DNA of 64,000 nt. Source: an uncultured Acidobacteriota bacterium. Lineage in GTDB: Bacteria; Acidobacteriota; Thermoanaerobaculia; Multivoradales; SZUA-115. Numbering within the stretch: the first letter of the stretch is position 1; the number at the start of each line of letters is the position of its first letter. Made by a program: the position numbers and the translations under genes. The stretch lies in NCBI GenBank assembly GCA_963805975.1, contig CAWDVR010000001.1, positions 768,001-832,000 of the forward strand. The letters are read 5' to 3'. The notes beneath the pieces were generated by a model, which did no database searches, was not told where the DNA came from, and saw nothing but the letters and a program-made list of their open reading frames with translations. This document shows positions 28,657 through 37,882 of this stretch, one piece after another.

Positions 28657-28917
28657 TCAGTAGCCTTGGACCTCGGGATCCCAGCCGAAGCCGCGGATCA
28701 TGGTCTCGCGGTCGAGCCAGAGCGCGGCCAAGCGGAGGCTGCGTTCCTGCTCCGAGATGCCGGCCCCGTACTTGGCGAGAATGCGAGCCAGCGCCAGCTG
28801 ACGGGCCGCGCGATTCAGGTCCATCACGCGATCGAGCTTCTCGCGTGGGGTCATACGACGGTAGCCCTCGATCAGGATCGCCTCGACCTCGGGCGCCGTG
28901 TCGGAGAGCGGAAGCAT
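28657..28917 (-). CDS. Small protein of the type usually paired with a nucleotidyltransferase (putative toxin-antitoxin partner)
   Basis: MLPLSDTAPEVEAILIEGYRRMTPREKLDRV...LRLAALWL, 86 aa. Confidence 0.7.
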   Translation of the reverse strand: MLPLSDTAPEVEAILIEGYRRMTPREKLDRVMDLNRAARQLALARILAKYGAGISEQERSLRLAALWLDRETMIRGFGWDPEVQGY

Positions 28918-28964
28918 GCCGGCAGTATAGCTTCCACCCCATGATGGGCCGCGAGGCGGCGGCC

Positions 28965-29462
28965 TCATCGCCGACCCGCGGAACGCTGCCGCATCACCTC
29001 GTAGAGCGCCACCGCCACGCTGGTCGAGAGGTTGAGGGAGCGGACCTCGCGATCGATCATCGGGAGCGTGACCAGGCGGTCGGCGTGGCGGCGCCGCAGC
29101 TCGGGCGGCAGGCCGGTGCTCTCCTGACCGAAGACGAGCACCGGGTTGGGTGGGAAGGCGACGCTCCAGTGGTCCCGGCCACCTTCGGCCGAGAAGAAGA
29201 ACGGCTCGCCGAGCGTAGGCAGCTCGGCCTCGAAGCTCTCCCAGGACGGCCAGAGCACCGGCGCGACGCGTGGCCAGTAGTCGAGGCCGGCGCGCCGCAC
29301 CTCGCGCTCGTCGAGCGAGAAGCCCAGCGGTTCGACGAGGTGCAGGCGGGCGCCGGTCGCGAGGCAGGTGCGGCCTGCGTTGCCGGTATTCCAGTGGATC
29401 TCCGGCTGGACGAGGACGACGTGGGCGAGAGGTGCCGGGGACGGCGGGGCGGCGTCGGGCAT
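28965..29462 (-). CDS. trmL: tRNA (cytidine/uridine(34)-2'-O)-methyltransferase
   Basis: VLVQPEIHWNTGNAGRTC, RRAGLDYW, VFGQESTGLP, VRSLNLSTS. Confidence 0.93.
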   Translation of the reverse strand: MPDAAPPSPAPLAHVVLVQPEIHWNTGNAGRTCLATGARLHLVEPLGFSLDEREVRRAGLDYWPRVAPVLWPSWESFEAELPTLGEPFFFSAEGGRDHWSVAFPPNPVLVFGQESTGLPPELRRRHADRLVTLPMIDREVRSLNLSTSVAVALYEVMRQRSAGRR

Positions 29463-29514
29463 GCGCGGAGTATGGCGGGATCCGCGCCACCCGCCGCCGC
29501 TCCCTCCGGAGCAA

Positions 29515-31140
29515 CTACTTCACGAGCTCCAGGCTGTCGATTTGGACCGAGCCGGCCTCGAAGCCGGGCACGTCGAAGTAGAAGTAGACGTAGCGCAGAT
29601 CTGTCAGGTCCGTGACGCCGAAGGCCGAGAGCGGGATGCGGATGGTCTCGAGCGCGCTCATCGTCAGGTCTTTGATGCCGTCGGTTCCGAGGTGATTGAA
29701 GACGTAGGGATAGGGAACCGAGCCGTAGTCGCTGGCCTTGACCTTGGACGACCACCCGGCGCCGGTGTAGAGGCGCACGTGGAAGTCCTGGGCCTGGTCC
29801 TCGGTGTTCCAGGCGTCGTCGTAGTTCTGGCCGACGCGCAGGCCGAGATGGGTGTAGGTGCTGACGTTGCGTTGCGCGCCCACGAACGGCAGGTTGGCCG
29901 CGGGGATCGTCCACCGCACGTAGGGTGTGAGGCCGGTGTCGTTCCACTTGATGCGCATGCCGCGCGTGTCGTGGGGCGCCGCCGGGTCCATGTCCTGGAG
30001 CTCGTCGACGGCGAGGACGGCGATGGTGTCCGACTTGGTCACCGAGCCGCCCATGGTGTTGGTGCTCCAGCCGACGTGCTCGAAGTTGTCGATCACCCGC
30101 CGGGGGATGTCGCTGAACTGCTGCGTGAGCACCACGGCGGCCGAGGCCGCCGGCCGGGCGGTGCCGTCGAAGAAGGCGCGGTAGTCCGCCTGGTTCCAGA
30201 CTTGGAGGCGCAGAAACGCGTTGATGTAGCCCAGCGCCACGTTGCGGTGGTCGGTGCAGGACAAGGTGCCGTCTCCCACCGGGCACGGGCCCTCATCCGT
30301 GAAGCCCACGTGGTTGGCGCGCTCCAGGAAGACCATCGCCTTGCGGATCTGGTGCGCGGGGTTGAGGACGCCCTCGACCGAGGTCTCGCTGCCGGCCCGG
30401 TCGTAGATCGCGAAGGCGGTGCGCTCGGGCGAGGTCGGCCAGGGCTCGATGGGCTCGCCGTTCACGTCGGGATCGCGCGAGCCGTAGATCGCCAGAAAGC
30501 CCGGGACGATGGTGCCGTCGAGGGTCTCCTTGGGGTCGTCTCCCCCGTTGCCGCCGTCGGTGGGGGCGATCGAGACCACCGCCCGCACGTCGTACTCCAG
30601 GTGGCCCAGGCCGGGGTTGTCCGCCAGCATGCGCGCCGCGGTGACCGCCGCCTCGCCGCCGCGGCTGTGGCCGACGAAGGCGACCTTGCCGCTGAGCTTC
30701 GCCTTCCAGGTCCAGAACGCGTTTACGGAGTTGAGGAAGGAGATGGCTTCCTGGGCACGGCCCTCGTTGGAGCCGCTGTCGAAGGCGCCGTTCGAGAGGC
30801 TCGCCACCACGAAACCGTTCTTGGCCAGGTGGTCGAACAGGTAGTCGTGGTCGTTCTTGGTCATGCCGTTGCCGTGGGTGAAGACCACGATCGGCCGGCC
30901 GCTCGGCGGGCCGTCGGCCGAGTCGCAGGTCGAGGAGGGCCAGCGCAGGTAGCCGGAGATCGCGGGCACGCCGTCCCCGCCGTAGTTCCAGTAGGGGTTG
31001 CTGGAATAGGCGCAGGGATAGGTCTGATAGGTGGTGGGGTCGGACGGGAGGGCGAGGGCGGGCATGGCGAGGGCCGAGCCGAGGGCCACGGCGGCGAGCG
31101 CCGGCCAGCCGCCATGGCGAGAGTGGGTCGTCGGGCGCAT
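29515..31140 (-). CDS. Secreted alpha/beta hydrolase (chlorophyllase-like) with C-terminal beta-sandwich
   Basis: Signal peptide; VVFTHGNG, HLAKNGFVVAS, GHSRGG, GSRDPDV, ANHVGF. Confidence 0.82.
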   Translation of the reverse strand: MRPTTHSRHGGWPALAAVALGSALAMPALALPSDPTTYQTYPCAYSSNPYWNYGGDGVPAISGYLRWPSSTCDSADGPPSGRPIVVFTHGNGMTKNDHDYLFDHLAKNGFVVASLSNGAFDSGSNEGRAQEAISFLNSVNAFWTWKAKLSGKVAFVGHSRGGEAAVTAARMLADNPGLGHLEYDVRAVVSIAPTDGGNGGDDPKETLDGTIVPGFLAIYGSRDPDVNGEPIEPWPTSPERTAFAIYDRAGSETSVEGVLNPAHQIRKAMVFLERANHVGFTDEGPCPVGDGTLSCTDHRNVALGYINAFLRLQVWNQADYRAFFDGTARPAASAAVVLTQQFSDIPRRVIDNFEHVGWSTNTMGGSVTKSDTIAVLAVDELQDMDPAAPHDTRGMRIKWNDTGLTPYVRWTIPAANLPFVGAQRNVSTYTHLGLRVGQNYDDAWNTEDQAQDFHVRLYTGAGWSSKVKASDYGSVPYPYVFNHLGTDGIKDLTMSALETIRIPLSAFGVTDLTDLRYVYFYFDVPGFEAGSVQIDSLELVK

Positions 31141-31315
31141 CTTCGTCTCCCAGGAATCGTGCGGAGGCCGGGTGCCAGCCTCGCGGTTCGGGGACGAAGA
31201 TAGGCACGGGCCACGGGGAAGTTGTTACCGCGGGCTTACCGAGCCCTGAGGACAGGCTTACCGGGCGGCCCGGAAGCGAGGACTGGATCACCACGCGGAT
31301 GGCGCCCACGCCGGT

Positions 31316-31435
31316 GTCAAGCTCGACGAGCTGATCGATCTCGAAGAGCTGGATGAAACAGAGCTCGATCGCATTCGCGATCAATACGAGAAGCTGACGA
31401 AGCTAGGCGCGAAAAGTAAGGAAAAAAGAGGCTGA
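31316..31435 (+). pseudogene. Remnant of a low-affinity iron permease (Fet4-like) family C-terminus
   Basis: Reads VKLDELIDLEELDETELDRIRDQYEKLTK...*; no start codon and no TM part. Confidence 0.5.
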
Positions 31436-31510
31436 AAGGGCTTGGAGCGGGATCGCGGCTGGCAGAGAATCGGATACCGCTTGTCGCGGCCCAACTTCCA
31501 AGGAGAAGCC

Positions 31511-31831
31511 ATGAAGCGATCTCTCGTCCTCGTGCTGTTCCTCGCCTTGACGTTTGGTACCGCCTCGTCCTTCGCCGCACCCTGCGGGCCGCCGAACCCG
31601 ATGTCGACGCTACTCTGGCTCGAAGAAGAGAACGCTCCCATCGCCACGCCGGCGGTCGACCTCTTCCCGCCGACGGCTGCTCCGCGCGCCGGAGGCGCCT
31701 GCACCGCCGACGATCGCGCCGCCTGCCGACAGGACTGCTGTACCGAAGGTGGATGCGAGGGCTTCCAGGTGCTGTGGTCGTACTACTTCGGCTACTGCAT
31801 GTGCAACTGCCTCGGCTACTGCTCGGGCTAA
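31511..31831 (+). CDS. Secreted cysteine-rich prepropeptide (106 aa, 10 Cys)
   Basis: AAGGAG RBS; signal peptide; Pro/acidic linker; CTADDRAACRQDCCTEGGC...CMCNCLGYCSG. Confidence 0.8.
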   Translation: MKRSLVLVLFLALTFGTASSFAAPCGPPNPMSTLLWLEEENAPIATPAVDLFPPTAAPRAGGACTADDRAACRQDCCTEGGCEGFQVLWSYYFGYCMCNCLGYCSG

Positions 31832-31844
31832 CGAAACGGGGAAC

Positions 31845-31877
31845 GAAAAAGGGCGAGCCGTCGGCGCGCCCTTTTTC
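31845..31877. terminator. Bidirectional intrinsic terminator
   Basis: GAAAAAGGGCG-a-GCCG-t-CGGC-g-CGCCCTTTTTC between convergent genes. Confidence 0.8.
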
Positions 31878-31899
31878 CTGCTGCGCGCTTCTCGGCCTG

Positions 31900-32538
31900 C
31901 TAATCGACCGTGACCCGGATGTCGCCCACGCCGCAGTCGACCTCGAGGCGGGAGGCGCCCTTGCCTCTGTTCCACTCGAGCCCCTTGCCCACCAAGCCGG
32001 TGCCCTCGATGGTCTGACCTTCGAGGGTCAGCTCGACGTCGCCCACGCCGGTGTCGAGCTCGACCGCACGCAGCGCGGCGGCGTCCATCGTCACCTTGAC
32101 GTCGCCCACGCGGGCGTCGATCTCGACGTCGTGAGCCATGCCGCTGACCACGATGTCGCCGACCCCGGAGTCCGCGGAGAGGTGGGTGCCGCGCGGCACC
32201 TCGACCTTGGCGGACATCGACAGCCCTTTGTCGCCGAACTTGGGGTAGCCCTGGATCTCGATCAGCAGCTCGTCCCCCCGCCGGCGGTCGCCGACGCTGA
32301 TGTTTTCGGCGGCCTGCTTGCAGTCGCTGTTGTTGGGATCGGTGCAACGGATGTCGAGCTGCACCTTCACCTTGTCACCGGTGGTGCCGGTGATCACCAG
32401 GTCACCGACGCTGATGTCCACCTGCACGAGGGTGGCGCCGGTCAGGGCGGCTTCGTTCTCGACTGTGCGGACGGTCGCCGCCGAGAGCGGGGAGGCGAGG
32501 GCGGCGAGGAGTATTGCGGGCACGATCTTTGATTTCAT
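31900..32538 (-). CDS. Secreted DUF4097/adhesin-like beta-strand repeat protein
   Basis: GGAGG RBS, MKSKIVPAILLAALA signal peptide, repeated (S/T/R/C)GVGD(I/V) strands. Confidence 0.82.
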   Translation of the reverse strand: MKSKIVPAILLAALASPLSAATVRTVENEAALTGATLVQVDISVGDLVITGTTGDKVKVQLDIRCTDPNNSDCKQAAENISVGDRRRGDELLIEIQGYPKFGDKGLSMSAKVEVPRGTHLSADSGVGDIVVSGMAHDVEIDARVGDVKVTMDAAALRAVELDTGVGDVELTLEGQTIEGTGLVGKGLEWNRGKGASRLEVDCGVGDIRVTVD

Positions 32539-32628
32539 GGTTCCTCCAAGTGGTAAAAAGGGTGCTGCAGCGGCAGATTTTGCCGCTCGGTGCTGATCCA
32601 GGATCGTCACACGGAACGGAGAGCATCC

Positions 32629-34110
32629 ATGAGAATCGACTATGCAAGCTCCCGGCCGAGAAAACGGCCTTCGCTCTTCTTTGGTTTCACCGCTGCGACG
32701 GCCCTCGCCCTGGCCTCGCTCGCGGCAGCGGGGTGCTCGACCAACCCGGCCACCGGCAAGCGCCAGCTCGCCGTGATCGGCGAGGCGCAGGAGATCGAGA
32801 TGGGGCGGCAGGCCGACCGCGAGGTCCAGGGCTCGCTCGGCCTCTACCCGGACGACGACCTCCAGCGCTACGTGCAGGGCCTCGGCAGCCGGCTCGCCGC
32901 GAGCTCCGAGCGACCCCAGCTCCCCTGGCAGTTCCGTGTGGTGGACGATCCCACGGTCAACGCCTTCGCGCTGCCAGGCGGATTCATCTACGTCACCCGC
33001 GGCATCCTGGCGCACATGAGCTCGGAGGCCGAGCTGGTGGGGGTGCTCGGCCACGAGATCGGCCACGTCACCGGCCGGCACTCGGTGGAGCAGATGAGCA
33101 AGGCGCAGCTCGCGACCCTGGGACTGGGTGTGGCCATGATCGCCAGCGAGGACGTGCGACAGTTCGGCGACATCGCCCAGGCCGGCCTCGGGCTGATGTT
33201 CCTGAAGTTCGGGCGCGACGACGAGCGCCAGGCCGACGACCTCGGCCTGCGGTACCTCACCCGTCTCGACTACGACCCCAAGGAGATGCCGAACGTGTTC
33301 CGCACCCTGGACCGCGTCGGCGCCGCCGCCGGCAGCGGCCGGGTGCCCAACTGGCTCTCCACCCACCCGGCGCCGCAGGACCGCGTCTCCCGCCTCAATC
33401 AGGCGATCTCCGCGCTGCCCGCCGAGGAGCAGCAGGGCGAGGTGAACCGCGACGCCTACCTCCAGAAGCTCGACGGCGTGACCTTCGGCACCGACCCGCG
33501 CGAGGGCTTTTTCAAGGGCAACGTCTTCTACCATCCCAGCATGGCTTTCCAGCTCACCTTCCCACAAGGCTGGAAGCTCTCCAACGAGAAGCAGGCAGTG
33601 GGCGCCATGAGCTCGCAGCAGGACGCGGCCGTGGTCCTGATGCTCGCCGCGGCGGGCAACGCGGACGAGGCGGCGCGGACGTTCTTCAATCAGCAGGGCG
33701 TCGAGCGCGGCCAGGCCTGGCGCCGCAACTTCTACGCCTTCCGCACCACTCCCGATCCCACCGGCCAGCGCCAGGATCTCAACGGCGTGGTGGGCTTCTT
33801 CGAGCACGGCGGCAAGGTGTTCCAGCTTCGTGGGATGTCGCTCGCCGGCCGCTGGACCGGCTACGAGCGGGCGGTGCTGGCGGCGCTCGAGAGCTTCGAG
33901 CGCTTGACCGACCCGCGCTACCTGAATGTCAAGCCCAAGCGCCTCGAGATCGTCCGCCTGCCGCGCGCCATGAGCTTCAACGAGTTCCTCGAGCGCTACC
34001 CCTCGACCGTCGAGGCGCAGGCGGTGGCGATCCTCAACGAGGTCGAGGCCACCACCCAGCTCGAGTCCGGCCGCATGATGAAGCGGGTGGTGGGAGGGGA
34101 GCTGCCGTAG
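32629..34110 (+). CDS. M48 family (BepA/YfgC-like) lipoprotein metalloprotease
   Basis: Lipobox AAGC-STNPATG; VNAFALPGG; HEIGH; FGRDDERQAD; WLSTHP. Confidence 0.92.
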   Translation: MRIDYASSRPRKRPSLFFGFTAATALALASLAAAGCSTNPATGKRQLAVIGEAQEIEMGRQADREVQGSLGLYPDDDLQRYVQGLGSRLAASSERPQLPWQFRVVDDPTVNAFALPGGFIYVTRGILAHMSSEAELVGVLGHEIGHVTGRHSVEQMSKAQLATLGLGVAMIASEDVRQFGDIAQAGLGLMFLKFGRDDERQADDLGLRYLTRLDYDPKEMPNVFRTLDRVGAAAGSGRVPNWLSTHPAPQDRVSRLNQAISALPAEEQQGEVNRDAYLQKLDGVTFGTDPREGFFKGNVFYHPSMAFQLTFPQGWKLSNEKQAVGAMSSQQDAAVVLMLAAAGNADEAARTFFNQQGVERGQAWRRNFYAFRTTPDPTGQRQDLNGVVGFFEHGGKVFQLRGMSLAGRWTGYERAVLAALESFERLTDPRYLNVKPKRLEIVRLPRAMSFNEFLERYPSTVEAQAVAILNEVEATTQLESGRMMKRVVGGELP

Positions 34111-34150
34111 GAGCACCGAAGCCCGGCGGACCGCCGGGCGGATCTCAGAA

Positions 34151-35452
34151 TCACCGCTGGAACGCAGGCTCGTGAACGCGTGGCGGTGCCGGCGGCAGCG
34201 GCAGGGCGGCGTAGACCTCGCGCCGCACCAGGCCCATCCAGGGATCGGAGATCGGGTCCCGGAAGAGCTGGCCGTAGATCCACAGGGTGAGTTTCTCGAG
34301 ATCCAGGTTCGCAGCCGAGGCCAGGTAGTCGCTCGCCAGGGCCATCAGAATCGCCCGCCGGTAGCGGCTCTCGTTGAGCACCTCGTCGAGCGCCATGTCG
34401 GCCTCGAAGCTCTCGATCAGGAGCAGGCCCTCGCTGTCCTCCACCGTGCCGTGCTTGCGGAGCAGGAAGGCGCGGCTGGTTTCGTCCATCCGTGCGCTCG
34501 CTCGCCGTTCCGCCACCAGGCGCTCGATCTCGGCGTCCGGCACCTCCAGGCCGAGGGCCCTGACCAGCGGCACCTCGGTGGCGACCTTGGCTACGGTGGC
34601 ACTGCCTACGAGGGTGGGCGGGGCGGCGACCGACGAGCCCGGCGGCGAGTCTCGCGGCGCGCCGCCGGCAGGGCGAGCGAAGCGGGCGTCGAGCCGCTCC
34701 CGGTTGGAGTCGTGGCGCTTCGTCACCCAGCCCCTGAAGGCTTCGCCCTCGAGCCGGTTGGCGGTCGCCACGGAATCGCGGGCCGCGCGCAGCTCGCGCT
34801 GGAAGGTCCCCGGCGTGTAGAGGCCGGGCAGCACGTCGAGAACGCGGCCATGGCTGTCGAGCAGGTAGTGCAGGCTGTTGCCGGTGACCGTCTGCCGGAG
34901 GGTCCTGCCGTCGCCGAAGTCGATCGTCACCTTGGGTACCGGCCGCACCGAGTGCCAGTGGAGCACGAACTGTTCGCGCAGCAGCTCGCCGATCTCGCGG
35001 TTCGGGTAGAGCGCGGTGCGGAAGAAGCGGCTGTTGGCGCAGGACAGCTCTTCGTCCAGCCGGCCGAGGAGGCGCAGAGACAGGATCGGTTTGCCGGTCG
35101 CCAGCGCCTCGGCCTTCGCCGCCTCGAGGTCGGTGTACCAGAAGAGGCGGATCGCGGCGCAATCGGCCACGCCGCACACCCGGTCGAGCGCGGCGCCGCC
35201 CACGCTTTCGCCGCGATCGAGCAGCGCCAGGACCGAGGCCATCCCGGCCGGGCCAGCCTCGCGCAGCAGCTCGATCGCCACATCGGTCTGCGGAGTCGTT
35301 TCCTGCAAGGCCGCGCGGGCCAGGGCCTCGAGGTCCTGCGCCGACGCGGCCTCGAAGGCGGTGGCGGCGGCACAGCCCGCGCCGGCAAGAGAAAGGGAGA
35401 CGACGATCGACGAAGCGGCGACGGCCAGGTTCTTGGGTTTCACGCTGCCCAC
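34151..35452 (-). CDS. Exported hypothetical protein with a thioredoxin-like domain
   Basis: Signal/lipobox (AGAGC); WYTDLEAAKAEALATGKPILSLRLLGRLDEELSCANSRFFR. Start may be GTG 35443. Confidence 0.7.
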   Translation of the reverse strand: MGSVKPKNLAVAASSIVVSLSLAGAGCAAATAFEAASAQDLEALARAALQETTPQTDVAIELLREAGPAGMASVLALLDRGESVGGAALDRVCGVADCAAIRLFWYTDLEAAKAEALATGKPILSLRLLGRLDEELSCANSRFFRTALYPNREIGELLREQFVLHWHSVRPVPKVTIDFGDGRTLRQTVTGNSLHYLLDSHGRVLDVLPGLYTPGTFQRELRAARDSVATANRLEGEAFRGWVTKRHDSNRERLDARFARPAGGAPRDSPPGSSVAAPPTLVGSATVAKVATEVPLVRALGLEVPDAEIERLVAERRASARMDETSRAFLLRKHGTVEDSEGLLLIESFEADMALDEVLNESRYRRAILMALASDYLASAANLDLEKLTLWIYGQLFRDPISDPWMGLVRREVYAALPLPPAPPRVHEPAFQR

Positions 35453-35518
35453 CTCCAGGCGCTGGTGGCGGCCTTCCTGACCGCCAGCGAAACCCTAGCG
35501 CCAGAGCGGGTGGCGCAA

Positions 35519-35535
35519 CGTAACGCCTGCGTAAC
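35519..35535. promoter_or_regulatory. Direct repeat CGTAAC-N5-CGTAAC, candidate OmpR-family box
   Basis: 11-bp period; lies in the divergent intergenic region before the response regulator. Confidence 0.45.
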
Positions 35536-35608
35536 TCCTGCCGGCCGCTGTCGCGGACGGCCCTCCCGAGCGCGAGCGCTGCGCTAGCATCGGCGCGAGG
35601 AATCGACG

Positions 35609-36295
35609 ATGCCGCAGCGGACGATCCTGGTGATCGAGGACGACGTGGCCATCCGCCGCGGCATGGTGGCGGCGCTCCGCCACGCCTCGTTCGCGGTCCG
35701 CGAGGCCGGCGACGGTGCGGCGGGCGGTGAGCTGGCGCTCGGCGGCGAAATCGATCTGGTGCTCCTGGACCTCGTGCTGCCGCTCGTGGACGGGCTCGAG
35801 GTCCTGCGGCGCATCCGGCGCGAGGAGCCGGCTCTGCCGGTGATCCTGGTGACCGCGCGCGGCGCCGAAGACGACCGCGTGCGCGGGCTCGAGCTGGGCG
35901 CGGACGACTACGTGGTGAAGCCCTTCGGCGCCCGCGAGCTCCTGGCGAGAGTGGAAGCCCTGCTGCGGCGCTCACCCGAACGGCCGGCGGTTCTTTCGCG
36001 GCTCGACCTTCCCGGCCGCGAGGTGGACTTCGAGAGTTGCGAGGTGCGCTTCGAGGATGGCCACTGCGAGGCGCTGTCGAAGCTCGAAGGCGGCCTGCTG
36101 CGCTACCTGGCGAAGAGCCGCGAGCGCATCGTCTCCCGTGACGAGCTCCTCACCCGTGTCTGGCAGCAGAGGCCGCACCTGGTGGCGACCCGCTCGGTCG
36201 ACATGACTATGGCCCGCCTGCGCAAGAAGCTGCGCGACGAGAGCGAGGAGGTGCTGATCACGGTGCGCGGGAAGGGCTACAGGCTCCGATCGTGA
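35609..36295 (+). CDS. OmpR family response regulator
   Basis: VIEDD, LLDLVLP, GADDYVVKPF, TVRGKGY. Confidence 0.95.
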   Translation: MPQRTILVIEDDVAIRRGMVAALRHASFAVREAGDGAAGGELALGGEIDLVLLDLVLPLVDGLEVLRRIRREEPALPVILVTARGAEDDRVRGLELGADDYVVKPFGARELLARVEALLRRSPERPAVLSRLDLPGREVDFESCEVRFEDGHCEALSKLEGGLLRYLAKSRERIVSRDELLTRVWQQRPHLVATRSVDMTMARLRKKLRDESEEVLITVRGKGYRLRS

Positions 36296-37878
36296 TCCGC
36301 CGGCCGCTCCTGGTGGCTGCCGCCTTCGTCGCGAGCGCCCTGGTGCTGCTCGGCGCGCTGGCCTGGATCACATCCATGACGCTCGCCCTCGAGCGTTCGG
36401 AGATCGAAGCGCTCGGCAAGGCGATCGCCGAGGAGAACATCCGCATCGCGCTGTGGCGGATGGACGCCTCGCTCGCCGAGCTGTTGGCGCGCGAGAACCG
36501 CCGGAGCGCGGCTCAGCACCGTGCCGCCAGCCAGTCGCCGGCGGAACCAGGGCAGATCGTGCGGGCGCGCTTCGAGGTCGGGCCAAGACCGGCGCCGCCC
36601 AAAGGCCCGAGGTCGGCCGCGCCGCTACCGGACAAATCACTGGCTCTGGACGTGGACCGGCTGAACGCCAGTGCCAACGAAGCGGGCCAGCAGATGGCCT
36701 TCAGTCAGGAGGTGCTCAACTCCCAGGCCTTCCAGCGCCGGCAGGAGCTGGCGCAGCAGAACCTCGTGCTCTCCTCACCACCCCAGGAGGCGGCGCCTGG
36801 GCCGGTCCCGGCTGTGGAGCCGGTCGCCGAGGTGGAGTCTGCCTTCGAAGGACAGTGGGAGGGCGACGAGCTGTTGCTGCTGCGGCGGGTGCTCGAAGGC
36901 GACCAGCGGCTGGTGCAGGGCGTCCGGCTCGACTGGCCCGCGCTGTCGAGCGCGCTCCTGGCGCAGGTGCGCGAGGTAGTGCCGGGGGCACGCCTGGAGC
37001 GCTCGTCCGGCCCTGCCGACCCGAGTCGCCAGCTCGCGGTGCTGGCGCTGCGCCTGGTGCCGGGGCCGCCGCCCGAGCCCGCACCGCCGGACTGGACGCC
37101 GGTGCGGCTGACCCTGGCCGCGGCCTGGGGCGCGGCGCTGCTCTGCCTCGCCGGGGTGGGTGCGCTCCTGGCGGGCTCGGTGTCGCTCTCCCAGCGCCGT
37201 GCGGACTTCGTGTCGGCAGTCACCCACGAGCTGCGCACGCCGCTCACCACGCTGCGCCTCTACTCGGACCTGCTGGTCGAAGGCGCGGTGGCACCCGAGG
37301 AGCACCGCTCGTACCTCGCCACCCTGAAGCGCGAGGCCGACCGGCTCGGCCACCTCGTGGACAACGTACTGTCGTTCTCACGGCTGGAGCGGGTGCGCGC
37401 ATCCGGGGCGCGAGAGCAGGCGGCGGTGGGGGAAATGGTCGCACGGGCGCTGCCACGGCTCGAAGAGCGAGCGGCGCTCGCCGAAACGACGATCGAGGTC
37501 GAGGTTCCCGCCGAGGCGATCGGCGCGCTCGTCCGCACCGATTCCGCGGCGGTCGAGCAGATCCTCTTCAACTTGGTGGACAACGCTTGCAAGTATGGTG
37601 GCGATGCCGAATCGCCGGCGATCCGCCTGGCCATTGAGCTGCGCGGCAGCTACGCCGTGCTGAGCGTCTCGGACCACGGGCAGGGACTCGGCCCCCGCGA
37701 GCGCCGGCGCCTGTTCCGCCCCTTCCACCGCTCGGCGGCGCAGGCCGCCGGTTCGGCGCCCGGCGTGGGCCTCGGCTTGGCGCTCTCCCGCCGGCTCGCC
37801 CGCCGCATGGGCGGCGATCTTCAGCTGGCGAAGTCAGAGCAGGGAGCGTGCTTCGAGCTGCTGCTGCGGCGGGCGTAG
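36292..37878 (+). CDS. Sensor histidine kinase
   Basis: Two TM segments; VTHELRTPLT H-box; NLVDNACKY; DHGQG; GVGLGLA. Confidence 0.95.
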   Translation: MIRRPLLVAAAFVASALVLLGALAWITSMTLALERSEIEALGKAIAEENIRIALWRMDASLAELLARENRRSAAQHRAASQSPAEPGQIVRARFEVGPRPAPPKGPRSAAPLPDKSLALDVDRLNASANEAGQQMAFSQEVLNSQAFQRRQELAQQNLVLSSPPQEAAPGPVPAVEPVAEVESAFEGQWEGDELLLLRRVLEGDQRLVQGVRLDWPALSSALLAQVREVVPGARLERSSGPADPSRQLAVLALRLVPGPPPEPAPPDWTPVRLTLAAAWGAALLCLAGVGALLAGSVSLSQRRADFVSAVTHELRTPLTTLRLYSDLLVEGAVAPEEHRSYLATLKREADRLGHLVDNVLSFSRLERVRASGAREQAAVGEMVARALPRLEERAALAETTIEVEVPAEAIGALVRTDSAAVEQILFNLVDNACKYGGDAESPAIRLAIELRGSYAVLSVSDHGQGLGPRERRRLFRPFHRSAAQAAGSAPGVGLGLALSRRLARRMGGDLQLAKSEQGACFELLLRRA

Positions 37879-37882
37879 CAGC

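Noticed and set aside
34990-35060. Selenocysteine recoding in the SelN-like protein
   Set aside because: The codons are TGC GCC (Cys-Ala); there is no in-frame TGA.
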